From assembly GCA_943788915.1 (NCBI GenBank), contig CALSSD010000010.1, forward strand, positions 186,001 through 250,000: a DNA stretch of 64,000 nt, in the 5' to 3' direction. Positions 10,476 to 20,120 of the stretch are shown here, piece after piece. Numbering within the stretch: the stretch's first letter is position 1; the number at the start of each line of letters is the position of its first letter. Both the position numbers and the translations under genes were made by a program. The DNA comes from an uncultured Acidimicrobiales bacterium (GTDB lineage: Bacteria > Actinomycetota > Acidimicrobiia > Acidimicrobiales > UBA10347). The notes beneath the pieces are model-generated. The model had not been told where the DNA came from and did no database searches. It worked only from the letters and a program-made list of their open reading frames with translations.

Positions 10476-11131
10476 GATGGGACGAGGGAGGTCAAGTCAT
10501 CACCGGTGGAGTTGACAGCGAGCACGATCGGCCCGGTCTGGCCGTACATGATCGCGGTTACGGAACATGGCGAGACGACGATCCGTTGGAACTGATCGAG
10601 GTGGGTGCCCATGGCAGAGGCAATCGCTGCCTTAATCGTGTCTGCATGCGAAACAGCGACAACCGTTTCGCCGGGGTGGGCGGCCACAATGTCGGTCAGA
10701 GCGCCGGTAATACGAGCTTGCATCTCAGGGAATGATTCGCCCCTGGGAAAGCGGAACCCGCTGGGATAACTCTGCACCGTGCGCCATTCGGGAAGTTTGC
10801 GTAGGTCGGCGAGGTTCTTGCCCGTCCAGGAACCAAAGTCACATTCGTTCAGGCCATCTCGAGTGCGGATGCGACATCCCGTGGCCTTGGCAATGGGTGC
10901 TGCGGTTTCCTGGGTGCGCTCCATAGGCGACGCATAGACCGCCGAGACCTTCTTCAGTGCGCCAATGCGCTCGCCAGCCTTCAGTGCCTGGGCCAGACCT
11001 ACGTCGCCCAAATGCAGACCTTTTGCTCGCCCCGGCAACACCTTGCCTGTCGTGGGAGTTTGGCCGTGACGCACCAAGAGAATGGTGGTCATTGCTGGTG
11101 GGGTGGATGATGTGCTCTTCTTACGTGCCAT
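10472..11131 (-). CDS. MSMEG_4193 family histidine phosphatase/phosphomutase
   Basis: LVRHG, SPMERTQETA, SHADTIKA, HLDQFQRI; coupled to DUF3090. Confidence 0.85.
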   Translation of the reverse strand: MARKKSTSSTPPAMTTILLVRHGQTPTTGKVLPGRAKGLHLGDVGLAQALKAGERIGALKKVSAVYASPMERTQETAAPIAKATGCRIRTRDGLNECDFGSWTGKNLADLRKLPEWRTVQSYPSGFRFPRGESFPEMQARITGALTDIVAAHPGETVVAVSHADTIKAAIASAMGTHLDQFQRIVVSPCSVTAIMYGQTGPIVLAVNSTGDDLTSLVPS

Positions 11132-11158
11132 GTGGCTTCAAAAACTAGCGTTGTCAGC

Positions 11159-11833
11159 GTGAATGCACTGCACCAATTGGAGATTGAGGTCGAGAACTGT
11201 CGGCGTTGTCCTCGATTAGTTGCCTGGAGAGAACAGGTAGCGGTCGAGAAACGAGCGTCGTTCCGAGACGATGAGTACTGGGGAAAGGGCGTGCCCGGTT
11301 TCGGTGACCCTGCAGCTGGACTGATGGTTGTTGGCCTCGCCCCGGCAGCGCATGGCGCCAACCGCACCGGGCGTATGTTCACTGGTGACCGCTCAGGTGA
11401 CTGGCTCTACCGAGCCATGTATCGCGCCGGCTTCGCTAACCAGCCAGACAGCATCCACAAAGACGATGGCTTAGAACTCACGAACGCATGGGTGACTTCA
11501 CCGGTTAAATGCGCACCTCCAGCGAATAAACCCACACCCGACGAACGGGCCAACTGTCGTCCGTTCCTTACTCGCGAGTTCGAATACTTGAGCGAGCTTC
11601 GTGTGGTCGTTGCGCTTGGGGGTATCGGGTATCAGGCAGTTGCCCAGCATCTGGGTGTGAAACCACGACCGAAATTTGGCCATGGCGTCGAGGTGCCGTT
11701 GGAATCGGGGCTCACAATCTTGTGCTCCTATCACGTGAGTCAGCAGAATACGTTCACCGGCCGCTTGACCGAGGACATGCTCGACTCGGTGTTCTCTCGC
11801 GCTCAAGAGATTGCTTCGACCGGGGTTCGATGA
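11159..11833 (+). CDS. udgB: Family 5 uracil-DNA glycosylase (Fe-S)
   Basis: CRRCPRLVAWRE, GLAPAAHGANRTGRMFTGD, KCAPPANKP, YHVSQQNT. Confidence 0.92.
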   Translation: MNALHQLEIEVENCRRCPRLVAWREQVAVEKRASFRDDEYWGKGVPGFGDPAAGLMVVGLAPAAHGANRTGRMFTGDRSGDWLYRAMYRAGFANQPDSIHKDDGLELTNAWVTSPVKCAPPANKPTPDERANCRPFLTREFEYLSELRVVVALGGIGYQAVAQHLGVKPRPKFGHGVEVPLESGLTILCSYHVSQQNTFTGRLTEDMLDSVFSRAQEIASTGVR

Positions 11834-11854
11834 AATCCGGATAACCTTGCCGCC

Positions 11855-12265
11855 GTGTCTCGCCATGTTCGCCGCCCTGCCTTTAGCCGCTCCGCAAAGG
11901 CCGCTGCATCATTGATCTTTGTCGTCCTTGTCGCTGCTTCCTGTAGCAGCGATGGGTTCCCTGAGAGTTACACCGACCAGGTGCAAACGCTCGATAACGG
12001 GACCGAGGTCAGCCTCGTGGAGATGAACTGGCTCGAGGGCTGCACCGTAGGCCTTGCCGACTCCGACCTCGCAAACGATGCCAACAACATCTGCGCATGC
12101 AGTTACGCCGAAGTCTCTGGACCCGATGGCATTGCGTTCGTCGACTTTGTCGAGCTCAACAACGAACTCAAAGGTGACCCCAACGCATTGGGCACCGAAG
12201 AATCCATGACGCCAGCCGAACGGCGACTACTTGACATCGTCCGCAGCTGCATCGCTGGCAGCTGA
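11855..12265 (+). CDS. Hypothetical lipoprotein
   Basis: Basic N-terminus, hydrophobic stretch, lipobox-like VAASC; additional Cys residues (C, CxC, C). Confidence 0.6.
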   Translation: MSRHVRRPAFSRSAKAAASLIFVVLVAASCSSDGFPESYTDQVQTLDNGTEVSLVEMNWLEGCTVGLADSDLANDANNICACSYAEVSGPDGIAFVDFVELNNELKGDPNALGTEESMTPAERRLLDIVRSCIAGS

Positions 12266-12315
12266 CCGCGCTGCATCGCTGGCAGCTGGCCGCGCTGCAT
12301 CGCTGGCAGCTGGCC
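12246..12315. repeat. 24-bp tandem repeat x~3 duplicating the gene end
   Basis: GCTGCATCGCTGGCAGCTG(A/G)CCGC; the first copy contains the TGA stop. Confidence 0.9.
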
Positions 12316-12335
12316 TGACAGTCCCAAACCGACGT

Positions 12336-12377
12336 TTCTGAACCGATCGAGCTATTTTTCACCCAACTGGTTCAGAA
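12336..12377. repeat. 42-bp imperfect palindrome (TTCTGAACC...GGTTCAGAA)
   Basis: Same 9-bp arms as the copy at 38529-38571. Confidence 0.65.
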
Positions 12378-12403
12378 CGCCAGGTGGTTACTAGGTCAGG
12401 CAG

Positions 12404-13570
12404 CTACTTCTTGCGGGTGGGGAGGCCAACGGCAGCCGAAGGGTTCGCCCACTCAGGCCAACGTTCGCGGCTCTTCTGAGAGAGGCGGCGCATCAGGTCG
12501 ATGGCTGCCGGGTCATCATCACCGGGGCGAGTGTCGATGACCCCGTCCTTGATCATGCCCTCGATGATTGCCCGACCAAGGTCGGTGCGAACCACGGTGA
12601 GCGTCCAGTCGGTCTCGTTGCCGATCCCGCCGGTGCTGATATCAGCGTGTTCAGCTGCGAAATCAGGGCAATGGGTGCAGCCTTCACGAGTCCAGGCATG
12701 GCATTCCTTGAGGTTGATCTCGTGATAGGTGCCATCCTTCATCCATACCTGGAAGACACCCTTGATGTTCATCTTGACAATGTCGTCTTTGTTAATGCCG
12801 TATTTGATGCCGAATAGCTCATCGAACAGCGAGTCATCGAATGACTTGGAGCACAACAGGCCAATGTTGAGCTTGATCGGCTTGGAGACCTTGCCGACCT
12901 TGCGGTGCCACATGACCGGGCCAATCGACGTTTGGCAGCTCATGCCTACCAATGCGAGCCGCTCGAGGCCTTTTTCTTTGGCCTCGGGATAGGCCATGGT
13001 GTTGGCCGAATAGGTATAGCGGCTACCTGCGCCTGCGAGAACCTCTTCGCGATTGGTGGCGACACCGGGGATGGCCTTCCAGCCGCCTCCTTCGACACCG
13101 CCCTCGAGATGGCTCACCAGTGCGCCATCGAGGATGTCGTTTTCAAGACACCAGATGAGTATCGCCGATACAAGGCCGCCATCTTGGCCAGTCTCATAGA
13201 CGAAGTCATCGCTGGCCCGTACCAACAGGATGTCTTTGAAGACGCCAGACATCTCGTCGGGTTCGCGGACTCGGCCGAAGAGGTGTTCATCGGCCTCGGT
13301 TTCCCAATCGCGGAAACGAGGGCAGGCCCGGGTGCAGCTGGTGCACCCTTTTTCGCCATGTATGCAATTGGTTGCGCCGAGTTCGTCTTCGAGATGGAAC
13401 GGCTTGTAGTGGCCAGGTTCATGCTTATAACCAATGACGTCGTGGGGACACGCAATGACACAGCCGGCACAACCGGTGCAAAGACCGCTATCGATGACCT
13501 CGTCGTAGAGTTCCTTCCACTGGTGCGTCCACCGGACGCGTGCTGGCTTGGCGGCCTCAGCTGTGCTCAT
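12404..13570 (-). CDS. Coenzyme F420 hydrogenase/dehydrogenase beta-subunit (FrhB/FdhB/BciB) family Fe-S flavoprotein
   Basis: N-terminal ferredoxin-type CTGCAGCVIACP and CTSCTRACP; GQDGGLVS, GSRY, VGMSCQ, IGLLC, GCTHCPDFAAEHADISTGG. Confidence 0.85.
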   Translation of the reverse strand: MSTAEAAKPARVRWTHQWKELYDEVIDSGLCTGCAGCVIACPHDVIGYKHEPGHYKPFHLEDELGATNCIHGEKGCTSCTRACPRFRDWETEADEHLFGRVREPDEMSGVFKDILLVRASDDFVYETGQDGGLVSAILIWCLENDILDGALVSHLEGGVEGGGWKAIPGVATNREEVLAGAGSRYTYSANTMAYPEAKEKGLERLALVGMSCQTSIGPVMWHRKVGKVSKPIKLNIGLLCSKSFDDSLFDELFGIKYGINKDDIVKMNIKGVFQVWMKDGTYHEINLKECHAWTREGCTHCPDFAAEHADISTGGIGNETDWTLTVVRTDLGRAIIEGMIKDGVIDTRPGDDDPAAIDLMRRLSQKSRERWPEWANPSAAVGLPTRKK

Positions 13571-13616
13571 CCGTTGAGCTTAGGTGCAGCTACGGTCAGC
13601 CGCATAGCCCTTGGCA

Positions 13617-14231
13617 TCAGCTCTTTGTTGCCCAAACAGCGTAGAGAGGATCACCAGGAGCGTCGCCGGTGCGGTTCTCGATCTTTGCCGGGCTGAACCC
13701 TGGGGTGAGCTCAAAGTAACGAGCGACGATCTCGCATCGTTGGGACTCGGTGGCCAACAGCCAGCCACGAATTGCCTTTGTTGGGAAGCACCGGTTGCTG
13801 AAGGTGCAGACGAAACGTCCACCCGGTTTGAGGACGCGGCCGACCTCGGCAAATACCTCGAGTGGGCGTGTGAGGTAGTCGACAGAAACGGCACAAACGA
13901 CGTCATCGAAATGAGTGTCTACGAACGGCAACGTGGGTGTGGTGTTGAGGTCGTGGACGAGAACCGAGGTGGCCATTGGATTTGCACGTAATTCGGTCGG
14001 GTTCATCCCCAGGACCACGAGCCCAGCGGGTGGAGTGGTGAGATGGGATATCCACGAGCCCATCAGGTCCAGGATGTGTCCGGAGATCGATAACTCGTCG
14101 TACAACGCTCCGACGGCTGCGATCGCGGCGTCGTCGATGTGTTGCACGAGCCGCACCGGTTCGTAGAACACCGTGTCGTCGATTTCATCGGACCGACCGA
14201 AGAACCCAGATGGGAAGTGCTCTGAACTCAC
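13617..14231 (-). CDS. Class I SAM-dependent methyltransferase
   Basis: FYEPVRLVQHID, ILDLMGSWISHL, VSVDYLTRP, FSNRCFPTKA; start GTG 14231, downstream of the tRNA. Confidence 0.85.
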   Translation of the reverse strand: MSSEHFPSGFFGRSDEIDDTVFYEPVRLVQHIDDAAIAAVGALYDELSISGHILDLMGSWISHLTTPPAGLVVLGMNPTELRANPMATSVLVHDLNTTPTLPFVDTHFDDVVCAVSVDYLTRPLEVFAEVGRVLKPGGRFVCTFSNRCFPTKAIRGWLLATESQRCEIVARYFELTPGFSPAKIENRTGDAPGDPLYAVWATKS

Positions 14232-14266
14232 GTTTGTGCTCTGTTCGTGAATCGACGTAGAAGTAG

Positions 14267-14338
14267 CGCCCTCGGCAGGATTCGAACCTGCGCACATGGC
14301 TCCGGAGGCCAATGCTCTATCCCCTGAGCTACGAGGGC
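14267..14338 (-). tRNA. tRNA-Arg(CCG), CCA not encoded
   Basis: GCCCTCGTAGCTCAGGGGATAGAGC...CT-CCG-GA...GCAGGTTCGAATCCTGCCGAGGGCG cloverleaf. Confidence 0.93.
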
Positions 14339-14518
14339 TTACGCAACACACCGAAGCTGCCTTGCCTCCGGCACTCTAGTGGCACAGATGATCTTTCAAC
14401 AGCCGGATAGCGGTCGAAGACCGCGGAGCGGTCCGGGACTATGGAGTTGGAGGCTCGAAAACAGTATGAGCGGAGCGAATCCGGGCTACCCCTACGTCCC
14501 CGGCTAGTACAGCTACCC

Positions 14519-15481
14519 CTACATGCCGCCCATGCCGTTTTCCATGATCTGCAGCACGGCAGGGCCGAGCAGCACCATGAGCAGTGGTGGGAGGATGCAG
14601 GTCACGAGCGGCAGCAGCATAAGAACGGGCAATTTCATTGCTCGTTCTTCGGCTCGCTGGCGACGTTTGGTGCGAAGTTCGTCGGCCTGGATCTGGAGCA
14701 CGTCAGCAATTGACACACCGGTTTTTTCGGCTTGTGCGATTGCTCGAACGAAGTTGGTCATGTCGGGAACGTCGGCCCGTTCTTGAAGCCCTTTGAATGC
14801 GTGGGTACGGCTCATGCCGAGACGTACGTCGTGAAGGAACCGGCCGAGCTCTTCGGACAGGGGTCCTGTGGTTGAGTCGACGGTTCGGGCGATGGCCTGC
14901 TCAAAGCTCAGACCAGCCTGCACCGTAATAGCGATCTGGTCAGCGATGTCTGGCAGCTCGCCTTGGATAGCTTCCTGGCGGTCACGGGCCCTGTTCGCCA
15001 GATACACGTCGAAACCGCGCCAGCCGACGCCGACAACGATTGCGGCGAGCAAGATGCCCTTGTTCCCGGAAACGCTTCGCCAAGCTAACAGGCCAAAAGT
15101 CAGGCCGCTTGCAAGCGAGATCGTTCGTGCGGTGGCTATGCGTTGTGGCGTCCAGGTTTGGGAGATGCCACCAGTAATAGCCATCTCGTGCAGCGTCACG
15201 ATACGGCTTTGCGGAGTTGCACCGGTGAGGACGGTGTTGACCTTTTCGAGCCACGGTTTTACCACACGTTCAGAACGTGACCGGGCGAGGAGCACCTCGT
15301 GAAGATTCGACGAACCGCTCTCATCGCGGATCGGCTTTGGGGCCTGGACAGGGGCCGTGGCAAAGTCCATGGGATCGGTGGTAGCAACGGCCATCTGCGA
15401 TATGCCCCGCATAAGCAGGAGGTAAACAAACATTGCTACCGAGATGCCCATGAGGGCGCAGCTTGCAAAAAGGAGAATCAT
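14519..15481 (-). CDS. tadC: Tad pilus platform protein TadC (T2SS F family)
   Basis: LPDIADQIAITVQAGLSFEQA; LQIQADELRTKRRQRAEERAMKLPV. Confidence 0.85.
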   Translation of the reverse strand: MILLFASCALMGISVAMFVYLLLMRGISQMAVATTDPMDFATAPVQAPKPIRDESGSSNLHEVLLARSRSERVVKPWLEKVNTVLTGATPQSRIVTLHEMAITGGISQTWTPQRIATARTISLASGLTFGLLAWRSVSGNKGILLAAIVVGVGWRGFDVYLANRARDRQEAIQGELPDIADQIAITVQAGLSFEQAIARTVDSTTGPLSEELGRFLHDVRLGMSRTHAFKGLQERADVPDMTNFVRAIAQAEKTGVSIADVLQIQADELRTKRRQRAEERAMKLPVLMLLPLVTCILPPLLMVLLGPAVLQIMENGMGGM

Positions 15482-16398
15482 TAGAATTTGAACTTTGCCA
15501 TACGCGACAGCCAGATCGAGCCAACGACCAGCTGGGTGCCGGCGATAACGAGCATGAGTTTGCCGATCGGGTTCGTGAACATGGGGGCCATAAATTCGGG
15601 ATTAAGGAATTGCACGGCGAGCATCAGTCCTGGCGGGAGCGCACTCAACACGAGGCCAGAGATACGGCCCTCGGCGGTCAGCGCTCTAACAGCACCGGCA
15701 ACCTGGTTGCGAGCTCGAATGGTGGCGTCGAGTCGACGCAGGATGACCGACAGGTCACCACCGGTGCGATAGTTGATCTCGATGGCACGAACCACCCAAT
15801 CGAAGTCCAAGCTGTCCATGCGGGCAGCCAGATCCTTGAACGACTCGATGAGATCGCGCCCGATACGGTTCTCGATGGTCACCCGCCGGAGCTCGTCACC
15901 CGCAGGCGAGGCCATGTCGGGTGCCATCGCAGCGATCGACTGCGGCAAACTCTGACCAGATCGCAGAGACGACGACAGCATCTGGAGTAGATCAGGTAGC
16001 TGGTCGGTGAAGGCTTCTTGGCGCTTCTGGATCTTGCGATTGAGCAGAAACCAGGCGATCACCGGAACAAAGATGCACATGAGCATGGTGACCGGAAGGC
16101 CACCACGAATGAGGCCCAGACTGCCGAGTACCAGGGAAGACGCAACTACACCCAACAACCATTCGCCGGAACGAAGCTGGCTTCCACTCTTCTCGAGCTT
16201 GACCTGCAGGCTATTGCCTGAACGCTTCTCGATGAGCTGCGTGGTCGAATCGACCATGCGTGCCTTCGCATCGTTGAAACCTTGCGCCGACTGCGAACTC
16301 TCGGCGCTCTGGCGAAGACCCGGAGCCAGGAGTTTGAAGCCGACATAAAGTGCGGCGAGGATCAAGGCGACGCCGCCGAGAAGAACTGGGTCAATCAT
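15481..16398 (-). CDS. tadB: Tad pilus platform protein TadB (T2SS F family)
   Basis: FTDQLPDLLQMLSSSLRSGQS; TGGDLS; ALTAEGRISG. Confidence 0.85.
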   Translation of the reverse strand: MIDPVLLGGVALILAALYVGFKLLAPGLRQSAESSQSAQGFNDAKARMVDSTTQLIEKRSGNSLQVKLEKSGSQLRSGEWLLGVVASSLVLGSLGLIRGGLPVTMLMCIFVPVIAWFLLNRKIQKRQEAFTDQLPDLLQMLSSSLRSGQSLPQSIAAMAPDMASPAGDELRRVTIENRIGRDLIESFKDLAARMDSLDFDWVVRAIEINYRTGGDLSVILRRLDATIRARNQVAGAVRALTAEGRISGLVLSALPPGLMLAVQFLNPEFMAPMFTNPIGKLMLVIAGTQLVVGSIWLSRMAKFKF

Positions 16399-18078
16399 CC
16401 TAATCCCATCTCCATTGCCATTGGATCGCCGAACAGCGAAGGCCGCAGCTCAATACCGTGATCGAGCAAGCGTTCTGCCACGAGTGGGCGCAAGCCCGTT
16501 GGCTTGAGCTCCGCGAGGTAGTTGCCGTGTTCGTCAATGCCTCGAGTTTCGAGGAGGAAGATGTCTGACAACGTGATCGTGTCACCTTCCATGCCAACAA
16601 CCTCGGTGATGTGCGTGACTCGACGAGTGCCGTCGCGAAGTCGGCTGAGCTGCACAATCACATCGATAGCTGATGCGATTTGCTCACGGATGGCCCGGAT
16701 CGGAAGATCCATACCAGCCATGAGTACGAGCGTTTCGAGACGAGCCACACAGTCTCGAGGACTGTTGGCGTGCAACGTGGTCAGTGAACCGTCGTGACCG
16801 GTGTTCATGGCCTGGAGCATGTCCAAAGCCTCGCCGCCACGGCACTCACCAACAACAATGCGGTCAGGACGCATACGCAGCGAGTTCTTCACAAGGTCTC
16901 GAATGGCGATTTCACCTCGACCCTCGACGTTCGCTGGGCGAGATTCGAGTCGAACCACATGGCGCTGGTTCAAGCGGAGCTCGACGGAGTCTTCGATCGT
17001 GATGACTCGCTCACCTTCGGGGATGAAGTTTGAGCAGACGTTGAGCAGCGTCGTCTTACCAGAACCGGTACCACCGCTGATCAACATGTTGAGTTTGCCG
17101 GCAACGAAGGCCTGCAGCAGGCCAACCGATTCCCAGGTCAAGGTCTGGTAGGAAACCAAGTCTTGTTCAGTCATTGCTGTCTCGGAGAACTTACGAATCG
17201 TGATGGAAGGACCATCGACCGCAAGGGGTGGGATGATGGCGTTCACACGTGAACCATCGGGAAGGCGGGCGTCGACCATGGGTGACGATTCGTCGATACG
17301 ACGTCCGATGCGACTCACGATCCGGTCGATGACTCGTCGCACCTGAGCATCGGATTCGAAGCGTGCGCTGGTTTCGTAGATCTTGCCGGCACGTTCGACG
17401 AACACCTGGTTCGGGCCATTAACCATGATTTCTGATACGAGCGGATCTGCGAGCAGCGGCTCGATTGGGCCGTGACCAAGAATGTCGTGCAGTAGTTCGT
17501 CGCCGAGTTGATCGAGTTGGGCCTCGCTGTATGCCGATGTGTCCTGATTTAGGAGAACGTCGGCGAGGCCTTCGATGACTAAGTCGTGAAGCTTTTCTTC
17601 ACTGACGGTGCTGTCGGAGAGAAGAGAACCAAGTCGGACCGTCAACGCGTCCTTGGCTGAGTGTTTAAGATCGTTGAGCTCTTCGGTCAGAGGCGGCCGC
17701 TCGAAAGAGACCGCCGGTAGACCGCCAGTGGGCGCTTCCTCTGCGGATACAACGGCCGCCGCTGGGGGAAGCTGCATCGCGTCGCTTGGTCGTGAAGTTG
17801 GAACTGGCGTGTACTCGATGGTCCCGGCACTGGCCGGCGCCGGAGTAGCAGCAGGCGCTACAGCGGCAGATGTTGGAGCTGCGGGTGTTGCGAGGTTCGT
17901 CCACCCCGTCGCCGGTTGGTCAACGACCGGCGAGGGTGCGTCGGGGTTGAGGTACCAGTCAACGAGGTCAGCGATGTCGTTGTTCACGGGAGCTGCGGCC
18001 GGTGCAGCGGGTGCAACTACTACGCCTGCTACGGCCGGATTCGCTGTTGGATTCTTCGCCTTTCTTGAAGATCTTCAT
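16395..18078 (-). CDS. tadA: TadA/CpaF pilus assembly ATPase; apparent +1 frameshift near 18060
   Basis: RRIDESSPMVDARLPDGSRVN, GGTGSGKTT, LRMRPDRIVVGECRG, AMNTGHDGS. Likely ATG at 18078 overlaps the cpaB TGA; main frame is 16395-17987. Confidence 0.88.
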
Positions 18079-19131
18079 GAATCTCCGGCGATGTCGTCTT
18101 CTTGAGTAGCGAGACCGACGTCGCTGGTGTTGTCTGTCGTCCCCGGGCAGATCCAGCTGAATGCTTTCGCCTTCAGGGCCTTCTTCGGCCGAGTATGCCG
18201 AGACGATATCGATGAGGTTGCCGTCTTCGATTTCGGCCAGCCATACGCCATCGTCGCCGACGATCTGGTTAATGAGCGTGGCGGCACGGGGCCCGTCGCC
18301 ATTATCGAGGCCCTCAACGGCGGTGGCGAGTGTGACCTCGCCGTAGCTCGTGGTGTAGACCAAATCCGTGAGCTCTTCGGGGGTGACTGCAACCGTGATA
18401 GTGAAGCTACCTCGGCTCGCTGTGCCCGTTTGATTGAGGTCGCTGGACAGCTGCCCAACTACTTCGAGTGAGGATTGGATGCTCAGAACCTCAACCTGGT
18501 TCATGACGACAACGGACATGTCGAAAGCGTCGGAGCCCGGAGGCGACACTCGAAAGCCTCCGACAACGGTCACCTTCTCCCCAGGGGCAATATTGCCGCC
18601 GAGTGCTCGGCGAGAGGGGAGCTCAAGCACAACGGCATGGTGGCCTGCAGGGATTTCGAATCCTGATCCTGCTTCAAGGAAGGTCTCACCGCTTGAGCCG
18701 AAGTCGTTGGGGTCTCGGAAACGTCCGCGGAGTAGTTGTTCGCCAGCAAGTGCATCTGACGCCAACACCATTCCCGCGAGTTCGCGAAGCTCAGCTACCG
18801 AGGTAATGGCGGATTCAGCCACAAACTGCTCGGGGACCGCACGAGCCGAGAGGTACACGGTCGGAGCCTCGATGAGTTCACTGACCGAAGTGTTCCGAGG
18901 AATGGTCTCGACGACAACCAGTACTTGCCGGTTCGCTTCAGCGGGAGCAGTAGTTGCATCCGTGCTGGTGGCGACGTCGTCGCTGCCGCTACTCACGTAC
19001 CACACCAGCAGGAAGGCACCCGCAATAGCGAGGAGACCTGCAAGCGCAGCCAGCACCATTGGGCTGCGCTGACCCGAGGGTTCGGCAATCGGGTCGACGG
19101 TTTCTTCGGTATTGTCAGATCTCGAGAACAT
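18075..19131 (-). CDS. cpaB: Flp pilus assembly protein CpaB/RcpC (SAF domain); apparent +1 frameshift near 18141-18144
   Basis: N-terminal TM helix, VLVVVETIP SAF-like region, ALGGNIAPGEKVTV, ITVAVTPEE; GGAG RBS before ATG 19131. Confidence 0.75.
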
Positions 19132-19477
19132 GGAAACTCCAAGGAGTGGGTGTAGGTCAAGGTGCTCGGGTTGGACACAAAGGTGTGTGTCTTGGCCGTC
19201 GCAGTTGTTCTGCCTCTGGTTAGATCGGCTGGCACTGACCAAAGTTGAGTAGTTCTCTCGGCCCAATTGCTGCTCGCCTTGTGTCGCGTTTCGTGGATGC
19301 CGTATGAACTGCACACACGAAGGGGCATCGCGATCTAGTGCGTGCGACCCACGCGGTCTGCGTCGCGATTTTTGGAACACAGCAGAATTACCCGAAATGC
19401 TCGACAACACGCTTTATGGGCCGGCACTAAGGTTTGTGAGATTCCCTCTGAACACGGCCAAGCGCTGTCGTCGCTCA

Positions 19478-20043
19478 CGCCGCGGTGCAACAATGGCACT
19501 GCCATTCCGATCTTCGTGGCGCTGCTACTGCTGGTCTTTGATGCAGGTCTTGGCTATTCGGCGTCACACACATGGTCCTCGGCAGCTCGTTCTGCTGCTC
19601 GAGTTGGCGCGCTCGCACGTGATGCGCGTCATGCAGACTCTCGGGTGCGTGACGCGCTGCGAGCGCAGTTGGGTAGCGACCGCGCCGACAGTAACGATGG
19701 CGGCGTGAGCACGATCGTTGTGTATCGAAGCGACCCGGGCAATCCGAACGGAGCCCCACCAGCCGGCTGCCTTGTGTCGAGTACCGCAGGTCCTGGCGTC
19801 GAGTTCTCGACCGTAGGTCTGGTGTCATTGACCACCATCGTGCTCGTGGTCGGCGCTCTCATCGTGAGATCACTCACTCTCTTCGACGACTAATTCACGC
19901 CGCACGTCCCCGAGTATGTCGCCCAATTGTTCCGGGTTGAGGCCATGACACTGCGCATCGCGACTGACAACACCGAGTTCGGCTTCGACACGGTGCGGCT
20001 TGGCTATCGCGTCGACCAGGATGTCATCGTCTCGCTGGATTGA
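19478..20043 (+). pseudogene. Degenerate TadE-like minor pilin remnant(s)
   Basis: RRGATM in one frame, then AIPIFVALLLLVFDAG...SSAARSAARVG in another; a second VEF-hydrophobic segment and a short downstream fragment. Confidence 0.5.
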
Positions 20044-20059
20044 GGAGCGCTCAGCACGT

Positions 20060-20101
20060 TTCTGACGATTTTGCGTATTTGCGAACGTGAAATCGCCAGA
20101 A
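20060..20101. repeat. 42-bp imperfect palindrome (TTCTG...CAGAA family)
   Basis: GTTTCTGACGATTT/AAATCGCCAGAAAC arms. Confidence 0.65.
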
Positions 20102-20120
20102 ACATCTACCCTTGCCCGCC

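Noticed and set aside
12246..12315. Possible mini-CRISPR
   Set aside because: The 24-bp units are contiguous with no spacers and no cas genes; this is a simple tandem duplication.
14267..20100. Tad locus as a genomic island integrated at tRNA-Arg
   Set aside because: It lies 5' of the tRNA, with no integrase and no duplicated tRNA 3' end visible.
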